From Octopus sinensis (lineage: Eukaryota): a DNA stretch of 64,000 nucleotides. Under the pieces are notes generated by a model. The model worked only from the letters and a program-made list of their open reading frames with translations. It did not search any database and was not told where the DNA came from. Below, in pieces: positions 24,918-37,807 of the stretch; position 1 is the stretch's first letter; every line of letters begins with the position of its first letter. The position numbers were made by a program, and so were the translations under genes. The stretch lies in assembly GCF_006345805.1 (NCBI RefSeq), contig NC_043003.1, positions 6,324,001-6,388,000 of the forward strand. The letters are read 5' to 3'.

Positions 24918-27120
24918 ATCATCATCATCATCGTTTAATGTCCGTTTTCCATGCTGGCATGGGTTGGATGGTTTGACTGGGGTCTGGGAAGCCAGGAGGC
25001 TGCACCAAGCTCCAGTCTGATCTGGCAGTGTTTCTACAGCTGGATGCCCTTCCTAACGCCAACCACTCCATGAGTATAGTGGATGCTTTTTATGTGCCAC
25101 TGACACAGGTGCCAGGGGAGGTTGGCAACAACCACGATCAGTCGGTGCTTTTTACGTGCCACCAGCACGGAAACCAGTCAAGGCAGCGCTAGCATCGGCC
25201 ACGTTCAGATGGTGCTTTTTACTTGCCACCAGCACACGTATCACAACTACAATTTCCATTTGATTTTCATTTTGATGTTGATGTACTTGACTCGATAGGT
25301 CTCTTCAAGCACAGCAGGTCACCCTACAATCCAAGGTACTTTTGAATGGGCTGGGGCTGGTTATGTGAAACTGGTGTAGGATACAGCCATGAACTCGCTT
25401 TATTTGCCAGGTCTTCGCAGTCAGACCATATCTCCAGAGGTCTCGGTCTTTCGTCATTGCCTCAGTGAGGCCCACCTCATCCCTTATCTTCCTGGGTCTA
25501 CCTCAAGCCGGGATTCCTTCAACTGTTTGGGAGTGGCACTTCTTCACACAGCTCTCCTCATCCATCCATAGTACATGACCATACCAGCATAAACGTCTCT
25601 CCTGCACACCACATCTGATGTTTCTTATGTCCAACATTTCTCTCAGGGCGCTTACACTCTGTCGTGTGTGCAAGCTAGCTTCATTTCTTTCAAGCCTACG
25701 CATGTCCTCAGCAGTCACAGCCCATGTTTCAGGTGCCGTGAGGCATGGCAGTTCGCACACATGCATCATACAATCTACCTTTCACTCTAAGTGAGAGGCC
25801 CTTTGTCACCAGTAGGGGTAGAAGCTTTCTAAACTTTGCCCAGGCTATTCTTATTCAAGTGGTAACACTCTCTCAGCATCCACCCCCACTACTAACTTGG
25901 TCACCTATCAACTACTTCTAGTTTCTTCCCCTGGAGTGTGATGGAATCTGTTTTCTGAATATCAATGGTGTCTATTGCCCCTGTGCATCTGCCGCACATG
26001 AAAGCTATCTTCTCGGTTAATCTTCCTTTGATGTTGCTGCACTTCTTATGTGTCTATAGCTTACACTGGGTACATCTTATGGAGTTTCTACCTACACCTT
26101 TTCTACAGATCGAGCAGGGCCACCTACCTGAGGGAGTGTGTGATGAGTTCGCCTTCCTACTTACTAGAACTTTGGTCTTTGCTACATTGACTCTAAGGCC
26201 TTTTCATTCTAAACCTTGCTTCCACACTCGAAATTTCTTTTCTAGTTCCGGTTTGGTTCTGCTATGAGGGCCAGGTCATCAGCATAGATGAGCTCCCAGG
26301 GGCAACCCGTCTTGAATTCCTCTGTTATTGCCTGGAGGACTATAATGAATAAAAGGTAACTGAGAGCTGAACCTTAGTGGACCCCTACTTCTACCCGGAA
26401 TTCTTCACTATACTCATTGCCAATCCTAACCTTACTAATGGCCTCTCTGTATAGGGCCTGTACGGCCCTTATTAACCATTTGTCAATCTCCAGTTTCCGC
26501 ATCGCCCACCAGATAAGGGATTGGGGAACACTGTCAAAAGCTTCCTCCAAGTCCACAAAAGCTATGTATAGGGGTTTATCTTTAGCTGGGTATTTCTCTT
26601 CTGGCACAAAACCAAACTGCATCTCATCTAAGCAGACTCTCTCCCTAATAAGATGGGCTATGACCCTCTCTGTGACCTTCGTCACATGATCCAGCAGTTT
26701 GATACCCCTGTAGTAATTTCTATCTAGAGCATCACCTTTACCCTTGTAGCAGTTGACTATGGTGCTGCTACGCCAGTCATTGGGTATGACTCCCTCATGA
26801 ACTACCTGGTTTACAATGCCGGTGACTAGGCCATAGCCAACATCACCAGATGTTTCAAGCATCTCAGCAGTGATTCCTGATGGTCTGAAGGCTTTTCCTG
26901 GCTTCATACCAGGAACTGTCTATTGAGATAGCTGGTCCTTCTACTGGGTCAACATTTGGCAGGTTCTCCTCCTCCCATTCATTCTCCACATTCAGCAGTC
27001 TCTCATAATGGCTTCTCCAAGCCTGTTTCTTTGCAGAATCATTAAACGCAAGTGCACCATCATCCATGCGGACACATTTCTCTCCTGTGACATCACTATT
27101 TTCTCTCACACACTGTCTTG
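24918..27120 (-). mobile_element. Decayed RTE-clade LINE with deletions and stops
   Basis: ORF-track peptides 26374-26907, 26864-27346 and 25503-25769 match the + RTE copy; (CAT)n tail at 24918. Confidence 0.92.
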
Positions 27121-27941
27121 CAATCCGAAATACCTCAGCTACAATGTGTGTGTGTGTGTGTTGTGTGTGTGTGTGTGAGAGAGAGAGTGTGTGTGTGTGT
27201 GTGTGTGTGGTGTGTGTGTGTGTGTGTGTTGGCACCACATAAAAAACACTTGTGCTGGTGCCTTGTAAAAAGCACTCAATACACTCTGTAAAGTGTTTGG
27301 CATTAAGAAGGGTGTCCAGCCATAGAAACCATGCCAAAATGGACAAATAGAGTTTGGTACAGCTCTCCAGCCATGCCAGCTCCTGTCAAACTGCAACCCA
27401 TGCCAGCAAGGAAAAGGGACATTAAATAACTGATGATGATGCATCAGGCTATATTGTATAAATATGAACTGTATGTGCGTGTGTGTGTGTGTGCATATGT
27501 ATGTGTATATGTATGTGTATATATATTATACATAGGCACAGGTATGGCTGAGTGGTAAGAAGCTTGCTTCCAAACAGCATTGTTCCAGGTTCAGTCCCAC
27601 TGCATGGTACCTTCGACAAGTGTCTTCTACTATAGCCTCAAGCCAACCAAAGCCTTGTGAGTGGATTTGGTAGACGGAAACTGAAAGAAGCCCATCGTGT
27701 ATGTATATATAAATATGTGTGTGTGTGTGTGTGTGTGTATATGTTTGTGTGACTGGGTTTGTTCCCCGCCATCACTTGACAACCGGTGTTGGTGTGTTTA
27801 CATTCCCGTAACTTAGCTGTTCGGCAAAAGAGACTGATAGAATAAGTATTAGGGTTACAAAGAATAAGTCCTGGGGTCAATTTGTTCAACTAAAGGTGGT
27901 GATCCAGCATGGTCACAGTCAAATGACTGAAACAATTAAAA

Positions 27942-27983
<42 letters not shown>

Positions 27984-28021
27984 CGCTACATTCCAATTCA
28001 TTACAATTTTTATCTACTCAC

Positions 28022-28102
28022 CCAAAAGAAAAAATTAAATACAAGAAACATGTATTTCAAGACCAAATTACTGCAACAAGGTTCTCGTTTCAGCTGTCTC
28101 AT
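28022..28102 (-). CDS. CD151: Tetraspanin (CD151/TSPAN11-like) coding exon 1: MRQLKREPCCSNLVLKYMFLVFNFFFW
   Basis: Typical tetraspanin TM1 motif (KY.F..FN..FW); donor TGG|gtgagt at 28021; acceptor tttctgtatttttag at 28145-28146, so the exon spans 28022-28144 including 5' sequence. The symbol is a best family match, not proven orthology. Confidence 0.9.
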
Positions 28103-31100
28103 CTTGGTTTCTTCACTAAAAGACTTCTGGGGCAGACTTTCAAGCTAAAAATACAGAAAAACAAGATTAAAGTATTAAGGAAAAAATGGGTTCTTTTACT
28201 GGCATTATAAAAATCAACAGGAAAAAAGGTATTTTAAGAACATATCTCAGGGTTTCACCACAAAATAGAGAATTTTCTTAGAGAAGGAATAACAGATTAT
28301 GAACAGCTTTAGGTGTCTGTGATGTGTATCAGTATGGATATTAAATTCCACTAAAATCATAATCTATCATCATCATCATCATTTAATGTCCGTTTTCCAT
28401 GCTAGCATGGGTTGGACGGTTCGACCGGAGTCTGGTAAGCCATGGAGGCTGCACCAGGCTCTAGTCTGATTTGATAGTGTTTGTACAGCTGGATGCCCTT
28501 CCTAACGCCAACCATTCCGTGAGTGTAGTGGATGTTTTTTATGTGCCACAGCAGGCTGGCAAACGGCCACGATCGGTTGGCGCTTTTACGTGTCACGGAC
28601 ACGGACACCAGTCAGAGTAACAGGTTTTGTTGAATTTTCTGCTGCTTTAAATAAAGCATGTTACTCTACCACTGGTATTTGAGTACTCTTTTTTCCACCT
28701 TGTTTCACATTTATGTACTTACTCTGGTATCATCATCATCATCATCATCGTTTAACGTCCGTTCTCCATGCTAGCATGGGTTGGACGGTTCGACCAGGGA
28801 TCTGGGAAGCCAGAAGGCTGCACCAGGCTCCAGTCTTATCTGGCAATGTTTCTACAGCTGGATGCCCTTCCTAACGCCAACCATATTAATAATATGAGGG
28901 TAAATATTTATTAATTTTAAAATCAACAATTATTTCCGGGTAGATTTCAGTTTGGAAATATAACCATTATCGATAGGAACTTTTTAAAGAAGTTCTATAT
29001 ATATAAATGTATATAAATAAAAAGGGGCAAGCAACAGGTTGCTTAGCCACATACCGAAAAATTAGAAATAGCAGTCAAAGACCTATATACGTGTATATGT
29101 TATATGTGGAGTTATATTTGTAGAAAATAGAAATAAGCAGTCTTTGACTGCTATTTCTAATTTTTATATATGTATATATATATATATGCACCAGATGAAC
29201 CAACTTCATGGCAGGAGGTGCAGATGAGGGCAGCTGCATCAAACTCTCTCATGCACCAAATGTCAATTGCTAAAAAGCATTTGTGAAGTAAAGTCATTTA
29301 GCAACACCGCATTGACTGGCCTCCGTTCTGGTGGCACGTAACAAACACCATCCGAGCGTGGCCGTTCGCCAGCCTCGTCTGGCACCTGTGTCGGTGGCAC
29401 ATAAAAAGCGCCCACTACACTCACGGAGTGGTTGGCGTTAGGAAGGGCATCCAGCTGTAGAAACACTGCCAGATCTGACTGGCCTGGTGCAGCCTTCGGG
29501 CTTCCCAGACCCCAGTTGAACCGTCCAACCCATGCTAGCATGGATAACGGACGTTAAACGATGATGATGCTGATGATGATGAGGTATGCTATGTGTTCAA
29601 AGACTGATCTGGACTCAAACAAACACAAGACATCAAATCAAGATTTCTGGTTTTGACAAAAGGCAAGCAATGTCAACGAGAGGAGTATAATCAATGGCAA
29701 CAATCCCAGTATTTAACTGGTACTTTGTCAGCCCCAGATGGATGGAAAGGAAAGTTGACCTAGGCAGGATTTGAACTCAGTACCTAAAACACAATAATGT
29801 CTAATGCTGAAATGATTCTTCTACCAGTTGCCTCTAATAAATAAGTAGACAACAAGAAGTTGTTCCTCTTATTTCCAAGTACCATAGGAAGTTCTTATCT
29901 AAACTTAAAGAACCGTTTACCATTTTTGGAGAAATTGTTATCTGACCTCTTCACTGCCAGTTTTTGACACCAACCAAAAGGGTTGGTGCCAAATAAAGAA
30001 GGAATTACGTAAAAGAGGAACTCTCAACTAACTTGACACTTTGTTAATGTCATTTAGTCTGTGCTTGTTTACCAATTCTTTAAAGAGGATTGGTTAAATA
30101 CTTAAGTATATATACACAGCTATGATGATGATGATGGTGGTGGTTGTTGTTGTTGTCGTCGTCGCTTAACCCCAGGCCAGTTCTGACTGGGCAGACCAAT
30201 GATCAAAGTTGTTCTCAGGTTTGGTCATTCTGTAATAGCTTTCAAAATAGAGTGGTTTGAGGAAAATTTGGCTGTTATTTTTAGCAGGATATATGACCGT
30301 GTAAAGTCCACACACACCCCTACACTCTTCATTTCCTCTCATAAACACTGAACAAAGGTCAATATCAAACTAAAACCAGTCATGGTGGTAGCAGTAGTTG
30401 ATTAATAATTAAAAGGTGTTTTACTTATCTTTGTTAGTGCCTGAGGCATTGTTTACACTGGGAAATGGTGGAGGGGGAGAAGGGAAGCAGGAGTTACATG
30501 GTGGTGGTGGTGGTGGTGGTGGAGGTGGAGGAGACATTGCCAATGTCTTTATTAACAAAGGTGTTCAATGATTAATGACCATATTAATAGTGAAAGCTGT
30601 TTATGACTATACAGTTCCCTGGTCAGTACTGAGTGACCAGAGCCGGCAGTGGTGGTGGTGGTCTGTGGGACTGAGGTGTGTCAGGACCATGCAGGAGGGG
30701 TGGAAATACTTATAATGACAAATCCTGGGAGGGATGCAGCCAGCTGTCAAAGAGGGTAAGCCTTACACACTCAGGTGTTCTTATATTCTATGTATTTTAG
30801 CTATATTATCCAGGTGAGTCTGTGGGTGGGTGGGGGCCCAAGTGCCACCAGCAATGATGCAGTTTTGCATTCAACAAACAGACTGCTTTTAGCATTAAAG
30901 ATTGGTTTAACAGTAATGAAATGGTCCAAAGAGAAAGTAAGAGTAGTTAGTTGTTTTGAAGTGGTCATCTGTTTTCATCATTATCATCGTTTAACGTCTG
31001 CTTTCCATGCTAGCATGGGTTGGACGATTTGACTGAGGACTGGCGAACCAGATGGCTGCACCTGGTTCCAATCTTGATCTGGCAGAGTTTCTACAGCTGG

Positions 31101-32777
31101 ATGCCCTTCCTAACGCCAACCACTCAGAGTGTAGTGGGTGCTTTTACGTGCCACCGGCATGGGGGCCAGTCAGGCGGTACTGGCAACGGCCACGCTCAAA
31201 TGGTGTTTTTTAGGTGCCACCTGCACAGGAGCCAGTCCAGTGGCACTGGCAACGCTCTCGCTTGAATGTTGTTTTTCACGTACCACCAGCACAAGTGCCA
31301 GTAAGGCAACGCTGGTAACGATCACATTCGAATGGTGTTTTTTACGTGCTGTTTTATTGTTAAAAATTTGAAAATGGAACACAACTGTTGCAAGAAAAGA
31401 AACTGATACAATAAGGTTGGGAAAATGAGATTGTGGCCTGAATCTGTAAACATTTGAGCATAAGGCAGTGGGTGGGAGGGGGGTTTCAAGGAAAATAAGA
31501 GAGAATGTTGAGCTTGTATCAGTGACTTCATTGGACAGCTTGTGTTGTTGAATGTAGATAAGAGTTTGGAAAAAAGAAAATGCCATGTCCCCTGCCATTT
31601 TTAGATAACAGTTTCAGTTGATCTCATTTTCTGATAAGTTAATAATGGTGTAAAGCAGGATTGCATTCAATTCTCCTGTCTGTTCATCACAGTCCATGGT
31701 TGTGACACTGAGTGACCACCCAACTATCCATCCATCCATTGATCTATTCTGTCCAGCACTTTTCTTTTTACAAGCTGATTTCAGCTTAATCAAAGCTTGA
31801 CCAATTTGCAATCAACAAATTTAGACTCGTTAGTATTTTTAATGACATCAATCAATGAACTTAATTGTAGTGCTGTTACCCATTATCGGTTAATTTTTTT
31901 TTTTCCATGACGTCATCACTCAATTTGAAGGATCCTGTTCTTGTTTTCATGGTAACTTTCTAATCGGGATGGAAAACAATCTGACGCCAAACGGAAGCAG
32001 AGACCTGCCTACAGTCTTCTACAGCATCGTTGTTGCTGTTGCTGTTGTTGTTGTTGTTTCATGTTGTATCTCTGATTACTCTGTCTTCATTTATCACTTG
32101 ACTTTCTTTGCTGTATTCTCTGTGTCTGGCACTTGATGCGTATTTCTCTCTCTCCTCTGTTTGTGTCTGATAGGTTTAAATGGTTCAGTGATGTTGATTG
32201 TTTGTGTCTGAAGTTCTCCGACATTCACGACGAGAAGAAAGAGAAAACAGATGTAATCTGTTGTTCTTTTACGTGCTTATGTTGGTTGTGGCACTGGAGC
32301 CAGGTCTCTTGGAGATAGGCGTAGGGTTAAAGTAGTCATACAGGAATGTCTAGAGAAGTACGAGAAGATGTTATCTGTAGATGAGGTTATGCAAGTCTCC
32401 AGTCAAAGAATGGGAGACCATGGGGGTGAAATGTGAAGAGAGTAAAAAGCTTACAGTGTATTATTGAAAGGAGATTTAGTTGCTATTTCCAGCAGGTGCA
32501 GAGACCACATAAGATTTCTTCAAAGGTTCTTTGTTGATTAAATCCAAGTCATCTTTGATTGAGAGGAGATTTATTACCAAAGACATTCCAACAGTGGCCA
32601 TCAATTCTGTCATGGTGTTGGTGAGATGATAAATTCTTCCTTGAATAGAATTCCTGTATATTACAGGTATCATTACTAAAACAACAGAAAAATATTTCTG
32701 GCAGAAGGATCAGAGATGTGCAAACAGTATCTTCCTTAAATATGAGCCTCATGTGTTATTTAAACTTAAAACCTATG

Positions 32778-33087
32778 GGGGGGGACACATTCACAGGCAT
32801 AGGTTGCGTGTGGGATGTAGTATGGCAGTGTCAGTTAGGGCTAGGGCGTAGTGTAGCAGTCTTGTTTCTCTAGTTTGCTCTCCACAACCAACCTCCACTC
32901 CACTGAGTGAGAGAAAGACCCTCACCGTGTGTGTGTGGGGGGTCACATTCGCAGGCATAGGTTGTGTGTGGGATGTAGTATGGCAGTGTCAGTTAGAGTT
33001 AGGGCATAGTGTAAGCAGTCTGCTTCTCTAGTTTGCTCTCCACAACCAACCTCCACTCCACTGAGTGAGAGAAAGACCCTCACCCAC

Positions 33088-33090
<3 letters not shown>
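32778..33090. repeat. Tandem duplication, ~158-bp unit x2
   Basis: ggg..cacattc.caggcataggttg...gagaaagaccctcacc occurs twice head to tail. Confidence 0.9.
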
Positions 33091-33118
<28 letters not shown>

Positions 33119-33122
33119 CGTG

Positions 33123-33153
<31 letters not shown>

Positions 33154-33974
33154 TAGTTTTTCTCCTTCAAAAACAACTACCACCAGCACCACCAACGCCT
33201 TAAATTCCACTTTTTCCCTCCTCTGTTTCTCTAGGGTCTGTCTTATAAAAAAAAAAGGGGAGAGGGGCAAGGCCTCATTGAAATAATGGAGTTGTGACAT
33301 GTGTTAGGGCCACGAAGTAGAGGAGAACAGGGGAGAGAGATGAAGGCATTTTACAAATGTTTTACAAATGATAGCCAGTTGCTTTTTAGGGTTTCTTGTC
33401 CCTCTCCCTTCTTTTCCTCAGCCCCTATCACTGAATCTGTGTGTGTATGTGCCTGGAGGTTTATGTGCTTGCACGTGTGTACGTATATGTAGGTGCTGTG
33501 CGTGTGTACATGTGTATATATGCATATGTTCTGTGTGTGTGCGTGTGTGTGTGCGTGTGTGTGTGCGTGTGTGTGTGTGTGCGTGTGTGTGTCAGTATGT
33601 CACATGTCAATGCGCATGTCAATGTATGTATGCATGTGATGTGATGTGTGTGTGTGTGTGTGTGTGTGTGCGTCAGTCTTTAAGTTTCTTATAGCCATCA
33701 TGTTCAAGGCCAGGCTGGAGTATCTCATGTGTCAGAGTATGAATGAAGAGATTACTGTATGTAAGTGCAGACAAACAGGCAGGCAGCACACCAGTGTAAC
33801 ACACACACACACACACATATATATACACACATATATATACACACATATATATACACACATATATACACACATATATATACACACACACACACACACACTC
33901 GGAGCAATCTGTGGATGAAATCTTAGTTGGCAAAAATGAAATTTGAAACTAGACACAATGTTTAGTTGATGATG

Positions 33975-34520
33975 TATCTATAGTAGTGGTAGTAGTGGAA
34001 GAAGAAGAAGAAGGAGGAGACGAAGGGGGAGAAGAAGAAGAAGACGAAGAAGGAACGAAGAAGACGAAGACGGAGAAGAAGAAGACAGAGAAGGAACGAA
34101 GAAGAAGAAGGAACGAAGAGGGAGAAGGAACGAAGAAGGAGAAGAAGGAACGAAGAAGAAGAAGGAGGAATGAAGAAGAAGAAGAAGAAGGAGGAGACGA
34201 AGGGGGAGAAGAAGAAGAAGACGAAGAAGGAACGAAGAAGACGAAGACGGAGAAGACAGAGAAGGAACGAAGAAGAAGAAGGAATGAAGAAGAAGAAGGA
34301 ACGAAGAGGGAGAAGAAGGAACGAAGAAGGAGAAGAAGGAACGAAGAAGAAGAAGGAGGAATGAAGAAGAAGAAGGAAAGAAGAAGAAGGAACAAAGAAG
34401 AAGAAGGAACGAAGAAGAAGAAGGGGAACGAAGAAGAAGAAGGGGAACGAAGAAGAAGAAGAAGAGGAACGAAGAAGAAGGAGAAGGAATGAAGAAGAAC
34501 GAAGAAGAAGAAGAAGGAGG
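33975..34520. repeat. ~540-bp GAA-rich polypurine tract with a ~185-bp higher-order repeat
   Basis: Almost T-free + strand; block gaaggaggagacgaagggggagaagaagaagaagacgaagaaggaacg at ~34009 and ~34189. Confidence 0.9.
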
Positions 34521-35689
34521 TATAGTTGACATGTATTTGTGGTGGTGTATTTGATGTATGTCGTAGTTGTAGCAGTGGTTGATGATGCATTGGTTGTAGT
34601 ACTAGTGTGGTGGTTAATGATTAAGTAATGGTGTGTAGAGGCTGTAGTAGTGGTGGTGGTGGTGGAGAGGGACAACTAGGTCAGACATGCTCGAGAAATA
34701 CACAGAAAATCTTAAACCTAAACAGTGTGTGTGTGTGTGTGTGTATGTGTGTGAACAGATACAAAAAATATATAGTATATGTATGTTTCTTTCTCCCATA
34801 CACCATGACCATCCAACAGGAAAAAAATTTTGACAATTCCCATAATGAAAAAAAAAAAAAAGAAAATTTTCATCACTCCAATGCATGCACACACACAGAG
34901 ACTGACTGACTTAGCAGCATCATCATCAATGAATATATAAAGAGTAGACATGAAGAGAACAAACAGGGCTGACTCATTGAGAAGGTTTCAGATGTGTCAG
35001 GAAAGACTGACAAATCCATCAAGGAATTAACTACAAAACCTTGTCACTCTCAGAATAACTCTCCCGAAACACGCAACACACACACACAACACACATATAT
35101 ATATATATACACAAATATCATCATCATCGTTTAATGTCCACTTTCCATGCTAGCATGGGCTGGATGGTTCGACCGGGGTCTGGGAAGCCAGGAGGCTGCA
35201 CCAGGCTCCAGTCTGATCTGGCAGTATTTCTATGACTGGATGCCCTTCCTAACGCCAACCACTCTGTGAGTGTAGTGGGTGCTTTTTACGTGCCACCAGC
35301 ATGGGTGCCAGACGAGGCTGGCAATGGCCACAACCGGTTGGTGCTTCTTATGTGCCACCGGCACGGAGGCCAGTCAAGGCGGTGCTGGCAACAGCTACGT
35401 TCAGATGGTTCTTTTACGTACCACTAGCACTGGTATTACAACTGCAATTTCTATTGATTTTTGATCGATTTCGATTTCACTTGCCTCAACAGGTCTTCAC
35501 AAGCAGAGTTTTGTGTCCCAAGAAGGAAAGGTATGTATAAGTGGACTGGCTACATCCCAGGTAGAGGTCATGGGTTATGGTCTCACTTGTCCTGCCAGGC
35601 CTTCTCACACACACCATACTTCCAAAGGTCTCAGTCACTAGTCATTGCTTCGGATTTTAATAGGTTTCTACCCATATAGGCCCAGGCCA

Positions 35690-35950
35690 TGTCTAACTTA
35701 ATAGCACCACCTGGTGAAGACTTTTGGTCATATATGGGGCACCATGGCCCACTCGAGCAAAGAGCGGTTGGAGACATATCTGGGTGTGGGAGGTTGGTCT
35801 GGAATTTTTTGGAGAAATTTGTCCAGAGAACTTTTGAATTTTGTGGGATCTGTTTCCATTTTGAGATATTTTGGTATTAAAGAGAGCCGGACCAGTTGAA
35901 GTAAAGTAGTTGTGGCCGGTAGTGGGTGGATAGCATAGGGGCCAAGTCTG
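35690..35950 (-). mobile_element. CR1-superfamily LINE extreme 3' coding fragment
   Basis: The reverse strand reads GPALFN(fs)PKYLKMETDPTKFKSSLDKFLQKIPDQPPTPRYVSNRSLLEW, resembling a CR1-type ORF2 C-terminus. Confidence 0.6.
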
Positions 35951-37020
35951 GGTGGATTTTAAAATTGATGTCAACATCATTTATATTGGTTTCTAATTTT
36001 GGCACAAGGCCAGCAATTTGAGGGGAAGATTAAGTCAATGACATTGGCCCCAGTGCTCAACTGGTACTTATTTTATCAACCCCAAAAGGATGAAAGGAAA
36101 AATCAACCTCAGTGGAATTTGAACTCAGAACGTAGAGACAATTGAAATGCTAAGCATTTTGCCCAGCATGCTATCAGTTCTGCCAGCTTGCCATCTCTCT
36201 CTCTCTCTCTCTTTGTCTCTCTATCTCTTTATCTCTCTCTCTCTCTCTCTGTGTGCAGTGTGGCTGAATGATTAAGAAATTCAGTTTGCAATCCTGCAGT
36301 CCTGGTTTCAATTCTGCTATACTCTTTTACTCTTTTACTTGTTTCAGTCATTTGACTGCGGCCATGCTGGAGCACCGCCTTTAGTCGAGCAAATCGACCC
36401 TGGGACTTATAATAATAATGAAATTATTGTATACAGTGCTCAGGTGCACCACAACTTGTCAGAAAGTGCATATAAAGTACATGCAGTAATGTACAAATGT
36501 CTGGAAAGCGAACAATGTATGAGTCAGATACATGCTTGTATGTGTATTGAGGGGAGAAAATCAGGTGTAGTGAATAATATATTATTCTTTGTAAGCCCAG
36601 TACTTATTCTATTGGTCTCTTTTGCCAAACCGCTATGTGCCATCTTTTTCTATATCCTCACGTCTAAAGAGCTGAAACTGTGCAGAATCTCATCCTGTTG
36701 TCTGTACTAGTAATTGCAAACGTCCAGCTTAGTCACACTGTATCATGTTGATTTCACCTGAGAATTTCATTAAGGATACAAATGTCTGTGGAATATTCAA
36801 CCACTTAGATGACAATTCATTGAGGAGAAGGGAGTTTAATTGTTCTAACAACTCAAAACTTATGGCTGGAAATTCTGGAAATTTTGTGAAATGATTGGCA
36901 TTAGGAAAGGCATTCAGCCATAGAAATCATGCCACAACAGACACAGGGACTGGACATGGTCAGTGGAGCTGTAGGATCCTGTCAAAGTGTCCAACCCTTA
37001 TCAGATGTGAAGGACATAAA

Positions 37021-37242
37021 CCCTTTTGTTACCATATTTCTATTGAGATGCTCTGTGTTTCTTTCAATTAGCTTTAAATATAATAAAGTATTTAGTAAAA
37101 TAACTTAGTTATCATTAAGCTAGTGTTAGGAACATAAATTGTGACTAAGGTTTGGTGGAAGATTTTAATTAAAAAACTTATGAAAATAAGACATTTGTAC
37201 TACAGAGCCAGAAGCGTTTTCGGCCGGATTGGTATCGAAAGG
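37021..37242. mobile_element. Second CCCTTT...AAAGGG MITE family
   Basis: TAAA|CCCTTTTGTTACC...GGTATCGAAAGGG|TTAA; imperfect 13-bp TIR; internal sequence unrelated to the 13899 family. Confidence 0.6.
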
Positions 37243-37479
37243 GTTAAAAGATGAGGATCACACATGCACACACAAATATATTATCATAGAAATGAAGAGA
37301 AAAAAACTATAATTGAAACATGAAACTATTCAATGAAGAGTGATTGGATATTTCGGTCATTTCAAAAATATGATGACAGAATGATTTTAAATCTTTTTTT
37401 TAAAAATAGCTTCTGGGGTAACAACTCTGGTAGCTGTTGTTACTGTGAGTGTTGAAATATAGAATAAACTAAGTTTTCA

Positions 37480-37493
37480 GTTACCATGGAAAC
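37480..37493. promoter_or_regulatory. RFX X-box motif GTTACCATGGAAAC (also 17076-17089; near match 31943-31956)
   Basis: Exact match to the GTTNCCATGGNAAC consensus; motif presence only. Confidence 0.4.
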
Positions 37494-37807
37494 AGAAAAT
37501 AGGTTATTACAAAACAAAAAAAGAACTTAAAGTTTTTTTTTTATATTCATATATCATCTCATCCTCACTATCATCATGTAATATCCATCTTCGTTGTTGC
37601 TAGGTATGGATATTGGACAGTTCGGCTTTATCCAGAGTTATTTTAAACTAACATTTACATGCTATCAATTATAGCTTTATCTACTTCCAGTCCCACCATT
37701 ACAAAATGAACTATTTCATAGCTCTTGAAGGTTCTAAATTCTTAGGACATGTGTGTGTGTGTGTGGTGTGTGTGTGTGTGTCTGCATCAAGATATATATA
37801 TATATAT

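Noticed and set aside
33949-34675. Long ORFs (168-237 aa) on both strands
   Set aside because: By-products of the GAA/TTC repeat; low complexity with no splice context.
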